DNA of 55,866 bases from Deltaproteobacteria bacterium (GTDB lineage: Bacteria; Desulfobacterota; Desulfarculia; Adiutricales; Adiutricaceae), in the NCBI GenBank assembly GCA_031257535.1, contig JAIROO010000330.1, positions 1 through 55,866 on the forward strand. The letters run 5' to 3'. A program made the position numbers and the translations under genes. Shown one piece after another: positions 9,079-19,507 of the stretch (positions are counted from its first letter, which is position 1; each line of letters opens with the position of its first letter). The notes beneath the pieces were generated by a model. That model saw nothing but the letters and a program-made list of their open reading frames with translations. It ran no database searches and had not been told where the DNA came from.

Positions 9079-10197
9079 TTAATTAGTCGCCGGCGATTGG
9101 TCTGGCCTGGTCTCTATGGGCTCAGAGACGCTTTGATTTTTGGGTTCAGAAACGCTTTGATTTACGGGCTCAGAGACGCTTTGATTTGTGGGCTCAGAGA
9201 CGCTTGGCGGCGACAAGTTCTTGTCGGTTTGGTCTGAGGTAGACTCTTTGGAGGGATGGAAGACGTAGAGCCAGCCGAGGCCAAAAAGAATGGCGAGGAA
9301 TATAATTAGCCCAATCAGCCAAAAGCGCCGCGGGGAGTCAGGGATTGGGTCAAAAAAATCGGTGGAGTCGACCTTAGGCTCGTCAATTTGGGCCAATTGG
9401 ACGGTGACGTTGTCCGGTCCTCCGGCTTTAAGGGCCGCGGCCACTAGATTTTGGGCCTTGGCTTGAATAGAGGCCTTAGAGGTTAAGATGGATTTGACTA
9501 AGTCCTCGGAGACGGGCTCAGTTAGGCCGTCTGAGCATAAAAGAAACAGATCCCCTGGCTGACAATTCAAAGATTTGACGAAAATGGACTGGCTGTCGAC
9601 GTTACCCCCTAAGGATTGGGTAATGACGTTCCTTAACTCAAAATTTTTGGCTTCTTTGGGCGTCAGTTGGCCAGAGTCTATTAATTCTTGAACGTAAGAG
9701 TGATCTTTGGTTAAAAGCTCTAAAACCCCGTTCCTTAAACGATAGAGCCGACTGTCGCCAGCGTGAATGACAAAGGCCAAGTAGCCACTAAATAAAATAG
9801 CCACTAAGGTGGAGCCCATGCCCTCTAAATTAGGATCTTCCGTGGCTTTGCGCGTGACCTCTTGGTCGGCGGCCAAGAGAGCCTCTCTAAGGATAAGGCT
9901 AGGGTCTTCGAGGTTGGCCGCTTTCACGCGGCGTTGAAAGACGTCCACGGCGATTTTGCCCGCCAGGTCCCCCCCCACGTGACCGCCCATGCCGTCGGCG
10001 ACCACTAAAAGCTCCCCGGCCCGCGAGCTAAACCAACCAAAACTATCCTCGTTGTTAGTCCTGACCAACCCCGGATGGCTGGCCTGGGCGACGCGGAGGC
10101 GAGGAATAGCTATAGTCACTCTTTTGTTTTGGGAAGTTACGTTAAGGGTTTTCACCAACGTAACGGGCGACTCATTATGAAGCGTGGCTTGGGTCAT
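9079..10197 (-). CDS. Membrane-anchored PP2C Ser/Thr phosphatase with a repetitive C-terminal tail
   Basis: 372-aa ORF. Motifs VVADGMGGHVGG, LLCSDGL and GGPDNVTV, followed by the TM segment FWLIGLIIFLAILFGLGWLYVF and a tail with SVSEPxNQ repeats. The start overlaps the upstream FHA gene by 23 nt. Confidence 0.9.
   Translation of the reverse strand: MTQATLHNESPVTLVKTLNVTSQNKRVTIAIPRLRVAQASHPGLVRTNNEDSFGWFSSRAGELLVVADGMGGHVGGDLAGKIAVDVFQRRVKAANLEDPSLILREALLAADQEVTRKATEDPNLEGMGSTLVAILFSGYLAFVIHAGDSRLYRLRNGVLELLTKDHSYVQELIDSGQLTPKEAKNFELRNVITQSLGGNVDSQSIFVKSLNCQPGDLFLLCSDGLTEPVSEDLVKSILTSKASIQAKAQNLVAAALKAGGPDNVTVQLAQIDEPKVDSTDFFDPIPDSPRRFWLIGLIIFLAILFGLGWLYVFHPSKESTSDQTDKNLSPPSVSEPTNQSVSEPVNQSVSEPKNQSVSEPIETRPDQSPATN
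9118..9205. repeat. 24-nt tandem repeat (3 full units plus 1 partial) inside the PP2C 3' end
   Basis: Unit GGGCTCAGAGACGCTTTGATTTnn repeats head to tail at 9118, 9142, 9166 and 9190. It encodes (SVSEPxNQ)n on the minus strand. Confidence 0.9.
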
Positions 10198-10819
10198 TTT
10201 TCAAAGGGTCTTCTTTCGGCACGACGACCAAAACGAAAGCGTTCGAGCCTAAGCGTAAAGTATCGCCATGGTTGAGAGTAACTTTGTCGGAGATTTCCTG
10301 GCCATTGACCCAAGATCCATTGGAAGACATGCTATCGCCAATGGTAAATTTACCGTTTCGGTAGAGAATCACCGCGTGTTGGTCGGATAAAAGAGCGTCG
10401 TTGATCCGAATCGTCGAGTTAAGGCCCTTGCCAATAGTGTGTCGACCTTCCCGAAGGGGAAAAAACGCGCCTTGGGTCGACATGGTGTAGCTGACTAAAA
10501 AACCGGTTAAAGCCGGTAATTCCGAGCCAGCGATTTTGGTCCCTTTTCGATCAATAATCGTTTTTTTAGAAGTCGATTCGCTTAAACGGACCGTTTCTCG
10601 GATATCTGAGGGCGATTGTTGGGGGGAGGGGTTCGCGGATTTGACGACTAGCTCTCCACACCAGGGGCAAAACTCGGAGCCTTCGGACACAACATGACCA
10701 TTAGAGCAGCGGATAAAATTGCCATGAGTCGTCGGCGTCTGATCTTTACCACAATGTGGGCAGGTTTGCGCGCCAGGTGGAATGGGTTGAGCGCAATAAA
10801 CGCAATATTCGTCGGACAA
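10175..10819 (-). CDS. Zinc-ribbon plus FHA-domain protein
   Basis: 214-aa ORF. Two CxxC pairs (CVYCAQ...CPHCG and C...CPWCG) are followed by an FHA signature (HTIGKG...SDQHAVILYRNGKFTIGDSMSSNGSWVNG). Confidence 0.85.
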   Translation of the reverse strand: MSDEYCVYCAQPIPPGAQTCPHCGKDQTPTTHGNFIRCSNGHVVSEGSEFCPWCGELVVKSANPSPQQSPSDIRETVRLSESTSKKTIIDRKGTKIAGSELPALTGFLVSYTMSTQGAFFPLREGRHTIGKGLNSTIRINDALLSDQHAVILYRNGKFTIGDSMSSNGSWVNGQEISDKVTLNHGDTLRLGSNAFVLVVVPKEDPLKNDPSHAS

Positions 10820-10857
10820 TTTATTTCCTCATTTACTTAGGTAAGCTAAAAATCAGA

Positions 10858-12357
10858 CTATTTCCTAATCAACATGGCTCTAGCTGTTCCGAATTTTAGA
10901 ATATCCCCGATTTTTAAAGTCGTGAATTGACGAATTACCGTATCGTTAACCAAAGTTCCGTTTGTCGAGTTAAGATCTTTTATTTGACAGCCCAATTCGG
11001 TGACGTGAAATTCGGCATGACGACCGGAGACGGTGGCCACGTCAATGACGATATCGTTGGATTTATTGGCCCCTAAAGTGGTATGGCCAAACTTTAAGGG
11101 GTAGCGTTGATTAAACTCCATAAACTCCAAAATAAAAGGGCTAGTTTGAGTCGCGGGGAGGCGGACGGTTTGGCCGACTTCCCGATCGCCGCGGGTAGTG
11201 TTCCTCACGACTAAAGTGGGCGTGGTTTCCTTTAGCCTTTTTTTCCTTTTTAAGAATAAAATCAAAATAACGATAAAAATTAAGGCCGAGACGCCCGTGG
11301 CCACGACGAGGGCGGGATTGGCGCGATACTTGGCCACTAACCAGTTTTCTTCTGAGCCTGGCTTGGACTCGGGAGTTTTCCCAGCCTCGGGCGATTTTCC
11401 AGGCTCAGAGCCTGGCTCTGTCTCGGGCTCGGGCTCGGGAACTTTAACCAGGTTTTCTGGAACTTTAAGCTTTAACGGTTGGGTTATGACCTGGTCGTCA
11501 ACTCGGCGGATAAGGTTAGCGTCTATTTCTTTGGCCAAAGCTTCGTAACCGGTTAGCTCAAAGTTGATATCAAGTTTGACCGGCGGGATCGGTAAAGAGG
11601 ATTTGTCTTTCATGACGTCGTAAACGGCCATGGACAAAGACTCGGGGCCCTCGACCGCCCAAAAACGGCCATTGGTTTCAGAGGCCAGTTTTTCCATAAA
11701 CAGTCGAGGCCCTGGATCTCTATTTTGTTGCGATAGATAAATGGCTAAGATCCGGATATTATTGCCAGTCGCCGAGTTTAAAACGTCCACGGAACTATAG
11801 CCCGTCCCGTCGTCTTGGCCATCGGAGACAACCACCATAGTTCGGCGGCCAGGGATGTTTTTAAGTAGGTCAAAACCCGTTCGCAAGGCCTGATAAAATT
11901 CCGTTTTTGACCCTGATAACTGAAGCGCCCTTAAGGCTTGGGAAAATTCGCCTCTTTGGGTGGAAAAACCAAACGGAATTTGGACCGTGTCGTTAAAGGC
12001 GATTAAAGCTAATTGGTCGTCGCGATCTAAGAGGGCGGCGAGTCGGCTTAGGCTGTCTTTGGCCGCGTTCAAATTGTTCAAAGTCAGGCTTTTACTGGTG
12101 TCTAAGACTATTAGGACGCTATAGCGGTCGTCGTCGGGCGAGCTGACGGTGGTCAGCGAAGTGGCCGGAAACTCTTGGTCATTGGGGAGGCTTAAGAACC
12201 ATCGCTCTTTAGTCTCTTCGCGCGTTGGAAAGTCCAAGGTCAAAGAAACTTTAGGCCAGAGCGCGGTCTCAAGTTTTTTGACGGACAGACCTTGGGCCGA
12301 CGCGGCTTGGGTCCACAAAAACAAGATAAAAAATAAGGCGACGACCTTTTTGGCCAT
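10858..12357 (-). CDS. Secreted/membrane vWA-domain protein with a C-terminal cytoplasmic FHA domain
   Basis: 499-aa ORF with a signal peptide (VVALFFILFLWTQAASA), a vWA MIDAS motif DTSKS in VLIVLDTSKSL, the TM segment ALVVATGVSALIFIVILILF, and a C-terminal FHA domain (TTLGANKSNDIVID...SGRHAEF...DLNSTNGTLVN). TAG stop. Confidence 0.85.
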   Translation of the reverse strand: MAKKVVALFFILFLWTQAASAQGLSVKKLETALWPKVSLTLDFPTREETKERWFLSLPNDQEFPATSLTTVSSPDDDRYSVLIVLDTSKSLTLNNLNAAKDSLSRLAALLDRDDQLALIAFNDTVQIPFGFSTQRGEFSQALRALQLSGSKTEFYQALRTGFDLLKNIPGRRTMVVVSDGQDDGTGYSSVDVLNSATGNNIRILAIYLSQQNRDPGPRLFMEKLASETNGRFWAVEGPESLSMAVYDVMKDKSSLPIPPVKLDINFELTGYEALAKEIDANLIRRVDDQVITQPLKLKVPENLVKVPEPEPETEPGSEPGKSPEAGKTPESKPGSEENWLVAKYRANPALVVATGVSALIFIVILILFLKRKKRLKETTPTLVVRNTTRGDREVGQTVRLPATQTSPFILEFMEFNQRYPLKFGHTTLGANKSNDIVIDVATVSGRHAEFHVTELGCQIKDLNSTNGTLVNDTVIRQFTTLKIGDILKFGTARAMLIRK

Positions 12358-12480
12358 GATGAACCTCGAGTAGTTGTCTTAAAATCTATTTATTCGTTAA
12401 GGGCGAAAATTCGCTCCTTTTTTTTGGTTTTACTATTAATTTTGGAATGTTATATAATAAAAAATATCCAAAAACTAATT

Positions 12481-14082
12481 TTATTGGTTAAAAGGGATGG
12501 AATTTTTCCGTAAAAAATTTATAATGCTTTGGGAGCTTAAGGCAATATTGTATTGAAGCGTTCTAAAGAGAGCGTCCGTTTTTATTCCACCTAACGTGTT
12601 TACGCCCACGACTAAGCCTCGGTTATTTAAAAGAGGGCCTCCACTGTTGCCGGGAAAAGTTTGGGCTGAATGAAAAATAATTGTCCCGGAATAGATTTTA
12701 TCTACCTTGTTAATATGACCAGCTTGAAAAACGGGTTCCGGCGATTGAAAAATGTTATCTGGGTCGCTAGCTCTGTTATACAATCCTGGGTAACCCCATA
12801 AAAAAACGTCATCCCCATTTTTGAAGTTGGGGCTGAAGGCTAGGGCCTTCGCTAAAGGTGAGGGAGAAAGCTTAATTACCGCGAAATCATTTAGAGAGTT
12901 AATATTATGTTCGAAGGCGATAACTTGGCCTTTTACCAGTGATAACTTGTGATTATTTATTAGGCATAAATTGTTTATATTTACAGCTACATGTGCGTTA
13001 GTAAATATTAAATCATGACCAATAAAAAAACCTGTTCCTTCCCTTGAGGCATTTTGAGTATTTTCTCGACATGAAATTATAACCGTAGCGTTTTTAGCTA
13101 TTTCTTTGGCCTCTGTCGTCGGAGTCGAAGGGATTACGGTCGCCGGAAGAGGCACGGGGGCCTGGGGCAAAGGGACCTTTTGGCCAGGGGCGACTAGGCC
13201 CGGGGTCGGTTGAACGGGCGGGGGACTGACCTCTGGGGGAGGCGGGGCCTCAACTCGCGGTTTGGCCGGCGAACTCGACTCTTTTCGGGGAGGTTTAGAC
13301 TGGACCGTCTCGGGTTTTTTCGAGGGCTCGGTCATCAACTGGACCAGGCCGACCACGGTCAAAGCCAGACAGGCTAGAGCGAAATATTTGGATAAATGAT
13401 TCCAAAATAATGTTTTAAAGTGAAAATAATAGCCTTTAGGCTTACTGTTTTGGGCCAAAACTAAAAGAGATTGTAAATCAGTCTGATATTGACCAAACCT
13501 TATGTTGTTTTTCAGGGTGACTAAACTTTTTTGGATCTGGCGGCCGTCGACAAAGGAGCCATTTTTTGAGGACGCGTCGGTTAAACGCCAAGCTCCATTA
13601 ACGTCTAGGCTTAAAGTAGCGTGATTTTGGGAAACGCTGGGGTGGTTTAAGACCAGATCGCTACTCTCGCTCCGACCAATAGTAAATTGTTTGACGATTG
13701 ACCTAGGCGGGTCCGGCCCAGGCGGGAGCTTGGTCCGACCAGTTAAAATGGCGCTGGCCTCGTAACGTAGGCCCGCTATGTAAATAATATCCGTAACTTT
13801 AATGGTCGCGGTTTTAATTAAGTTGCTAGGATCGCCTACGGCCGTGCCATTCGCCGAGTTTAGGTCCGTTAATAAGTACTCGCCCGGGCCGATTGGGCTT
13901 AAGTAAGCGTGGCGAGCGGAGACGCGGCGGTCGTTAATATAAAAATCCGCCTCCTTCCCTCGACCGATCAAGACGTCGGCGGAGGGATCGCCGGCTTGGG
14001 TCGAGAAAGAGGCTCCGCAAGCTGAGCAAAACAGCACTCCATTAGCTGAGAGCTTATGGCATCTTGGGCAGATCAAAGGCAA
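12481..14082 (-). CDS. Zinc-ribbon, 2x FHA, TM and trypsin-like serine protease fusion protein
   Basis: 533-aa ORF with a TTG start after GGGAG. It has an N-terminal CPRC...CSAC and two FHA signatures (LIGRGKEADFYI...SARHAYL...DLNSANGT and FTIGRSESSDLVL...SQNHATL...DASSKNGSFVDG). These are followed by a TM segment, a Pro-rich linker, and a chymotrypsin-fold triad context (FTNAHV, NDFAVIKL, GNSGGPLL). Confidence 0.85.
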   Translation of the reverse strand: MPLICPRCHKLSANGVLFCSACGASFSTQAGDPSADVLIGRGKEADFYINDRRVSARHAYLSPIGPGEYLLTDLNSANGTAVGDPSNLIKTATIKVTDIIYIAGLRYEASAILTGRTKLPPGPDPPRSIVKQFTIGRSESSDLVLNHPSVSQNHATLSLDVNGAWRLTDASSKNGSFVDGRQIQKSLVTLKNNIRFGQYQTDLQSLLVLAQNSKPKGYYFHFKTLFWNHLSKYFALACLALTVVGLVQLMTEPSKKPETVQSKPPRKESSSPAKPRVEAPPPPEVSPPPVQPTPGLVAPGQKVPLPQAPVPLPATVIPSTPTTEAKEIAKNATVIISCRENTQNASREGTGFFIGHDLIFTNAHVAVNINNLCLINNHKLSLVKGQVIAFEHNINSLNDFAVIKLSPSPLAKALAFSPNFKNGDDVFLWGYPGLYNRASDPDNIFQSPEPVFQAGHINKVDKIYSGTIIFHSAQTFPGNSGGPLLNNRGLVVGVNTLGGIKTDALFRTLQYNIALSSQSIINFLRKNSIPFNQ

Positions 14083-14872
14083 ACTCCCAAAAAAAAAGAT
14101 TTTGCTCTAAAAAAAACGAGCTAACCTAAAAAAAATTCAAGCTAACCTAAAAAGACCAGGGGGCTTAAAAAGCGGCCATGGCCTAAAATAAAATTTGACG
14201 AATAACTTTAGGGTATTATAGCACAGTTTTTTTGGGATAAATTCTTAAGAGTTAGGAAGGGATAAAGCGATTCTTAAAGTCGCGAGGGCCTTATAAGCCT
14301 TAACCACAACCCTTTAAGTTCGCCTTTGGCCTTACCTCTAATATATGGTCCCACTCGCGGCGGAATAATTTCTATAAGTCTAAAATATGAAACAAAAAAC
14401 GACCGAGATTCGTTAACCGCAAGGTCTTTAAGCTCGGTTTTTTTGGGCCGGTCAATTGACTATAGTTTTATAATAATTTAACTTACGTAATTATAAATAA
14501 TGTTTTTATGATATTTTAATAACAAATAAATAATTGGCGTTAAGCTAAAAATTATTTTTCATTTGTTAGGTAAAAAAATACAAGTTAATATAAATTCGCT
14601 CGTTGCGATTACGTCCAGAAAGACCCTAAAAAAAGCCACTGTCAAAACGTAACTCTTCCCCTGGTTGTTTTAAACGGCGGCCAAAACGAGCCGTGGGTCT
14701 TTTTCGGCCGCGGATTTCGGCTCGCGACAAAAACGTTAAAAGTTTCTCCTTGAAGTCTAACGGGCAAAGTTTTTGGTCTAAAGGATTTTTGTTAGTCTCC
14801 CTCTTTTGGTCCTTACGTTTTATGTTTTTTGGTTAAGCCACTTTTTGGCTTTTTGTTTGCCGTTATGGACCG

Positions 14873-17800
14873 CTAGTCGGTCTTGGACTTGAGTTCGCGC
14901 TCGAGTTCGAGTTCGTACTCTTTTAGCGTATCTTGAAAGTCTACGAACTCGAAATGTGGATAATAGTCATAATTTTCGGCCTCGGAGGCCGTCTGGGGTT
15001 CGTCCTTAAGACACTCGACGTTAATACCCAGGGCGTTAAGGATTTTAAAAGGTAACATAACACTTTCTGGTAAACTATTTATTTGGAAAGTTTTTATATT
15101 ATATATCTTTAAAATATTCATGAGCCGACCGATAGGGTCGTCGCTTTTACTGGACAAAAATTCTTTCAAGTTATAAGCCGCGCCATAGGCTGAAAGGGCC
15201 AAGATCGCCTCTTCGCCGAAGAATTGAGCCCCATTTTTAGCTAAGCTAGTGGTAGGTCGCTTGGATACTAAGGAGTTGGAGAAATAACCGTGGGCTTGGA
15301 AGATCTCATCTACGCCTGGGTTGAGTTTCGTCATATGTACAACCCCCATCGTAACTTCGTGGTCAAATTTTTCGCCAGTTCGTCCGTCGAACAACGCGCT
15401 CTGGCCAGTGGGGGAAAGATTAGCTTTTTTGAAAAGGTCAAAAATAGCCGATTCGTCGGCTCCGTCAAACGGGGGCGAGACAAACCTAAGACCGCGTCTT
15501 TCGCGCGCGGCCCTCTCCATAAGCTCTAGGTCGCTTAAATTGGCGAATTCGCGCTCGAAGTCTTGGTCGCCTAAGACGCTTTTTAAATAAGCTTTTAGAG
15601 ATTGGGGATCGTTCGCCTCGATTAAATTCCCTATTTTTTGGCCAATAGCGTAACTCGCGAAACCTAAATGGGCTTCCAAGGTTAGGCCAACGTTTAGGCC
15701 CTCGGCGATCAATAAAGGACTTAAAACCACGTCGACTGGGGTCCCGTCCTCAAGAAATGGCATGTCCTCGACGGGAAGAATCCGCGAGACCGTTCCCAAG
15801 TCGCCGTGGCGGCTGGCCAGGATGTCGCCCACGGCTAGTTTCTGTTTATTGGCTAAAAGGACTTTCGCGATCAAGTTGAGGCCGACGGGTAACTGAAAGT
15901 TCATTTGGAGCTTTTTTAGAGCGCTTTGAAATCTAACGTCGATTTTTATTAGAGCTATTTGGTAGTCGCGGACTATAGCCTTGACCTTAGACTTAAGGGT
16001 TCCTTTTTCGTTCCCTTTAAAGTCTACCTCCGCCCAAGCCGCGATAGGCGTATTTTTAATAGCCTCTAAAGTGACGGAAGAAAGCGGTTCTAAGAAAGGC
16101 GATGACCCATTTTGGCCGGTAATTGGGGCCTTTAAGGGCTGACCCAAAATAATTCGGGTCAGAGAGGCGAGGGCGTCGTTTTTAACGGTTTGGAGGTTAT
16201 TTTCATGTTCTTCCTTAAGGAGAGTAATTTCGCTGGCCTTAAAACTTCGAATCCCGTTTAAAGCGTCATCTGAACTATCATACGTTTGGATATCTTTAGG
16301 TCTACAAAAAATTTGGGCATCGACCACCACGCCTTTTTGCCCAACTGGGACCTTTAAAGAATTGTCTTCTACGTTATTATGAAACTTTTTACCAAAAATA
16401 GTATTTTTAAGTTTTATTTCAGGCGTTGTTATGGTTCTGGGAGGAAAAAAGATCCGCCAGACCAGGGAGTCGTCGGTTTTGACCATCGTCCCCACCTTAA
16501 TGACTCCTGAGCTATCAGCGTTGGGCTCAGGTTCATCATACCGCGTAAAATCTTCGTAATAGCCGGACATATAATCAATCGGCTCAAGACGACTTCTTTC
16601 CCTTAACTCGTTAACCTCAAGGCGGAACGAAGTAAAAATATCTTCTTGAACTAGACGTTCTGAGACTATGATTGAGTCCTTAAAGTTGTAGCCTTCCCAG
16701 TTCATAAAGGCGACCAGGACGTTTTGACCTAAGGCTAGCTCGCCATTTTTCGTGGCTGGACCGTCGGCGATGACTTGATCTTTGGCGACGAACTCCAAAG
16801 GTTGGACCAGCGGTTTTTGATTAAAGCAAGTTCCTTGGTTAGAGCGTTTAAATTTGGTCAGCTTTTGGACGGTAATATTTTTGATTTCAGCGTTATTCGA
16901 ATGGGATAAAGGCCTAATGACGATTAAGTCGGCGTCGACGAATTCGACTATCCCATCGTGACGAGCTAAGACGACCGCCCCTGTGTCTTTAGCGATTTTC
17001 GACTCCAGGCCCGTTCCCACGAGAGGAGCTTCGGGCCGCAGTAAGGTCGTGGCCTTAAGACTCGCGTTTAGGCCCTTTATCGCTTGGGTGGGCTCGTTAT
17101 GCTCCAAAAAGGGGATTAAAGAGGCGCTCGCCGAGAAATTTTGAGTGGGGGCCACTTCCAGGTATTTTAGGCTAGACGCCGCGACTAAGACCGTCTCGCC
17201 CTTAAACGACAAGGAACTAGTTGACTTAAAAAATGACCATTTTTATCCAAAGGCGCGTTACTTAAGGCGATTGGCGACTCGGACTCCTCTAAGAGCGATA
17301 GATACGCGACTTTAAGCGTGGGGACTCCATTTTCGACTAGTCGAAAGGGAGTCTCGATAAAGCCGTCCTGGGTAATTCTCGCGTAGGCGGCCAAAGAAAC
17401 CACGTGGCCAAAATTAGGCCCTAGTGGGGAATCGAGTGGGCAAACGCGGCCCAAGTGAGAGGGATGGCCGTTTACCCAGGCGAAATTGGTTAATTTGTAA
17501 GGTTCTAAAGCCGGGGACTCAAATTTCCCGAGTTCTGGGAGCGTGGGTTTTAAGGTTGAAAGTCGTCGATGGTGGGCGATTATGGCCAGAGGGTTATTCT
17601 GATCTATCGGTTGGAACAAAGAGCTGGTCGCGAATAAATTTTTGAGCGACAACCAAAAATGATTGGGCGCGAATATCTCTTCGAAGCTTAAGCTTAAGTT
17701 TGAGTTTGATGATTTATTCAGCCGTCGCTTTAAGGTTTTGGCGAAGCGTTTAAGAGCCAGCCGACACCGTTTATCTATAAGCTCGCCCAAGGTTAAGACC

Positions 17801-19188
17801 TTAAAGGCTCGCAAGTGGTTAAGATCGTCGCCTTGATAGTCGAGGTCTTTTAAGCGTTTAAGCTCTTTGACGACGGCTAAGACGTCCGCTCGGCTTAAAA
17901 AGGTCTGGTCCGATTCGCCTTCGATCGAAGATTTTACGCGGTAATTGAGAGCTTTTCGACCAGCGGGGGAAAGGTCGTAATTATTGGCGTTAAAGAACAT
18001 TTGATGAAGTATCGGCGTAACCTGTAATAAGTTTTTCGGTCGGGCGCCCCGAATTTTAAGGCCTAAGCGTTTTAAAGCCTCGTATTGGCTCATAAGGTCT
18101 TCTTTGGCCACAGAGTCTCTAATGAAGGAGTCCCCATTGGTTAAGTTAACGCGCAAAAGGTGAATTTCCGAAACTCCCGCGGCTAAAGCGCTAAAGTATA
18201 TTTTTTCAGTAAACTCCTCGTTTAAATCCAAAATAAGCGCCCCGGTATTATCGCCAAAAACCGGCCTCGCCGCGTAGCGACCATAGAAATGAAAAGCCTC
18301 AATGGCGATCTTTTCCTCTCGCTCGACTTTCCAAGTCCTCTGGTCGCCGTTAAGGTTAAGGTCGCCCTTTTCCTCACTCGACGCGTTTTGGGGATTGAAG
18401 AGGACGTCGAAAAAGCTCTGGTCGATAAAAAGGGTGGGCACGTCGTCTCTTTTGACTTCATTAGGCTTAAAATAGACAATGTCTTTTTCGTAGAACTCGT
18501 TTAAAAGTTCTTGGGGGCTATAACCAAAAGCCAGTAACAAAGTCGCGGCCGAAACCTTCAGCCGGTGTCTAATTCGCGCGTTGATAAAACCACTTTTATC
18601 CAGCTCAAACGTTAGCCTTTCCCCTCGATTGGGGACGATTCTGGCCAAAAATTCAATTTTGTTCGGATGGCCGCTTTTTTGGTGGTTACGAAAGAAGTAA
18701 ACGCCCGGGGCGCGGCGGAGTTGGGCGTCGAAGATCTTTTCCACGCCGTTTATGGCCAAGGTCCCGTTCTCGGTCAGAAGCGGGAAATGGGCGAGATAGA
18801 TCTCCTTTTCTTGGACTTCAATAAGTTTTTTCATCCCGGATTCGTTGACCTTTTCGTAGCTCTCAATGGCGACTTTAAGTTTTAAAGGCGCCTCATAAGT
18901 TAAGCCCGTGGCCAGGCACTCGTCGAGGTCGTGGGTCGGCTAGCCAAAGGAATAGCTAAGGTATTGACATTTGGCGAGCTTAGAAGCGTTAACCAAGGGA
19001 AAAAAGACATTGAAAAGGGCTTCTAACCCGAAATCCTCTCGCGAAAGCGGCGGGACGTCCTTTTGCAGGAATCGCTCGTAGGAGAGTCTTTGGGCGTCAA
19101 TCAAATTAGGCGCCTCAAAAAACGCTTGGGTCCCCCCAAAATTTTGGCGAACGCGAAAACGAAGAATTGAAGACATTAAATTTCCCAA
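14873..19188 (-). pseudogene. Second, strongly diverged rpoB-like gene, disrupted by one in-frame TAG and one frameshift
   Basis: Three collinear minus-strand ORFs (18940-19188, about 17185-18936, 14873-17212) align end to end with the rpoB homolog at 19508-23662. Example matches: [18 protein letters not shown] vs [18 protein letters not shown], and [36 protein letters not shown] vs [36 protein letters not shown]. The first two pieces share a frame and are separated only by the TAG at 18937-18939. The frame changes near 17201-17206 (VPCRL|KGETVLV). Catalytic-region motifs are degenerate (NASLKA for NMQRQA, NGAQFFGEEA for [10 protein letters not shown]). Confidence 0.8.
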
Positions 19189-19507
19189 AAGATCGTGGCC
19201 TTAAGCGAAAAAAAACCAATCGCGCCGTTTTTTATTTTTTAGCGCGAAAATTAGAGCCAAAATCGAGCGCTTGACTTTAGCTAATCTTGGAACGATAGTC
19301 AATAAAGTATGAACCTATTATACCATTATTTAGGGGAAAAAGGGATTTTTTTAGGGTAGCGGGCGAATCGCGCCTGGACTTTAGAGGCGATTGGCGCCGA
19401 TTTTTTGTTTTCTGGTAAGTTCGCGCCTTTGGCTAGCTTGGCCTAAGGCGAGCGTTTTAGGCGCGTTTAAAGCTTTAGTTAGAAATTTTTTCTCTATTTT
19501 TTTAAAC

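Noticed and set aside
17195-17212. Programmed -1 ribosomal frameshift at the rpoB-like junction
   Set aside because: The local sequence (TGT CGT TTA AGG GCG) does not fit an X XXY YYZ slippery heptamer. A simple 1-nt indel explains the frame change.
18937-18939. Stop-codon reassignment (TAG or TGA read as sense) as an explanation for the three in-frame stops
   Set aside because: TAG terminates well-conserved genes at their natural ends (vWA-FHA gene at 10858, rarA at 24042). TGA does the same (kinase at 5164, TBDR unit 1 at 45460, permease at 39592). A genome-wide recoding is therefore not supported.
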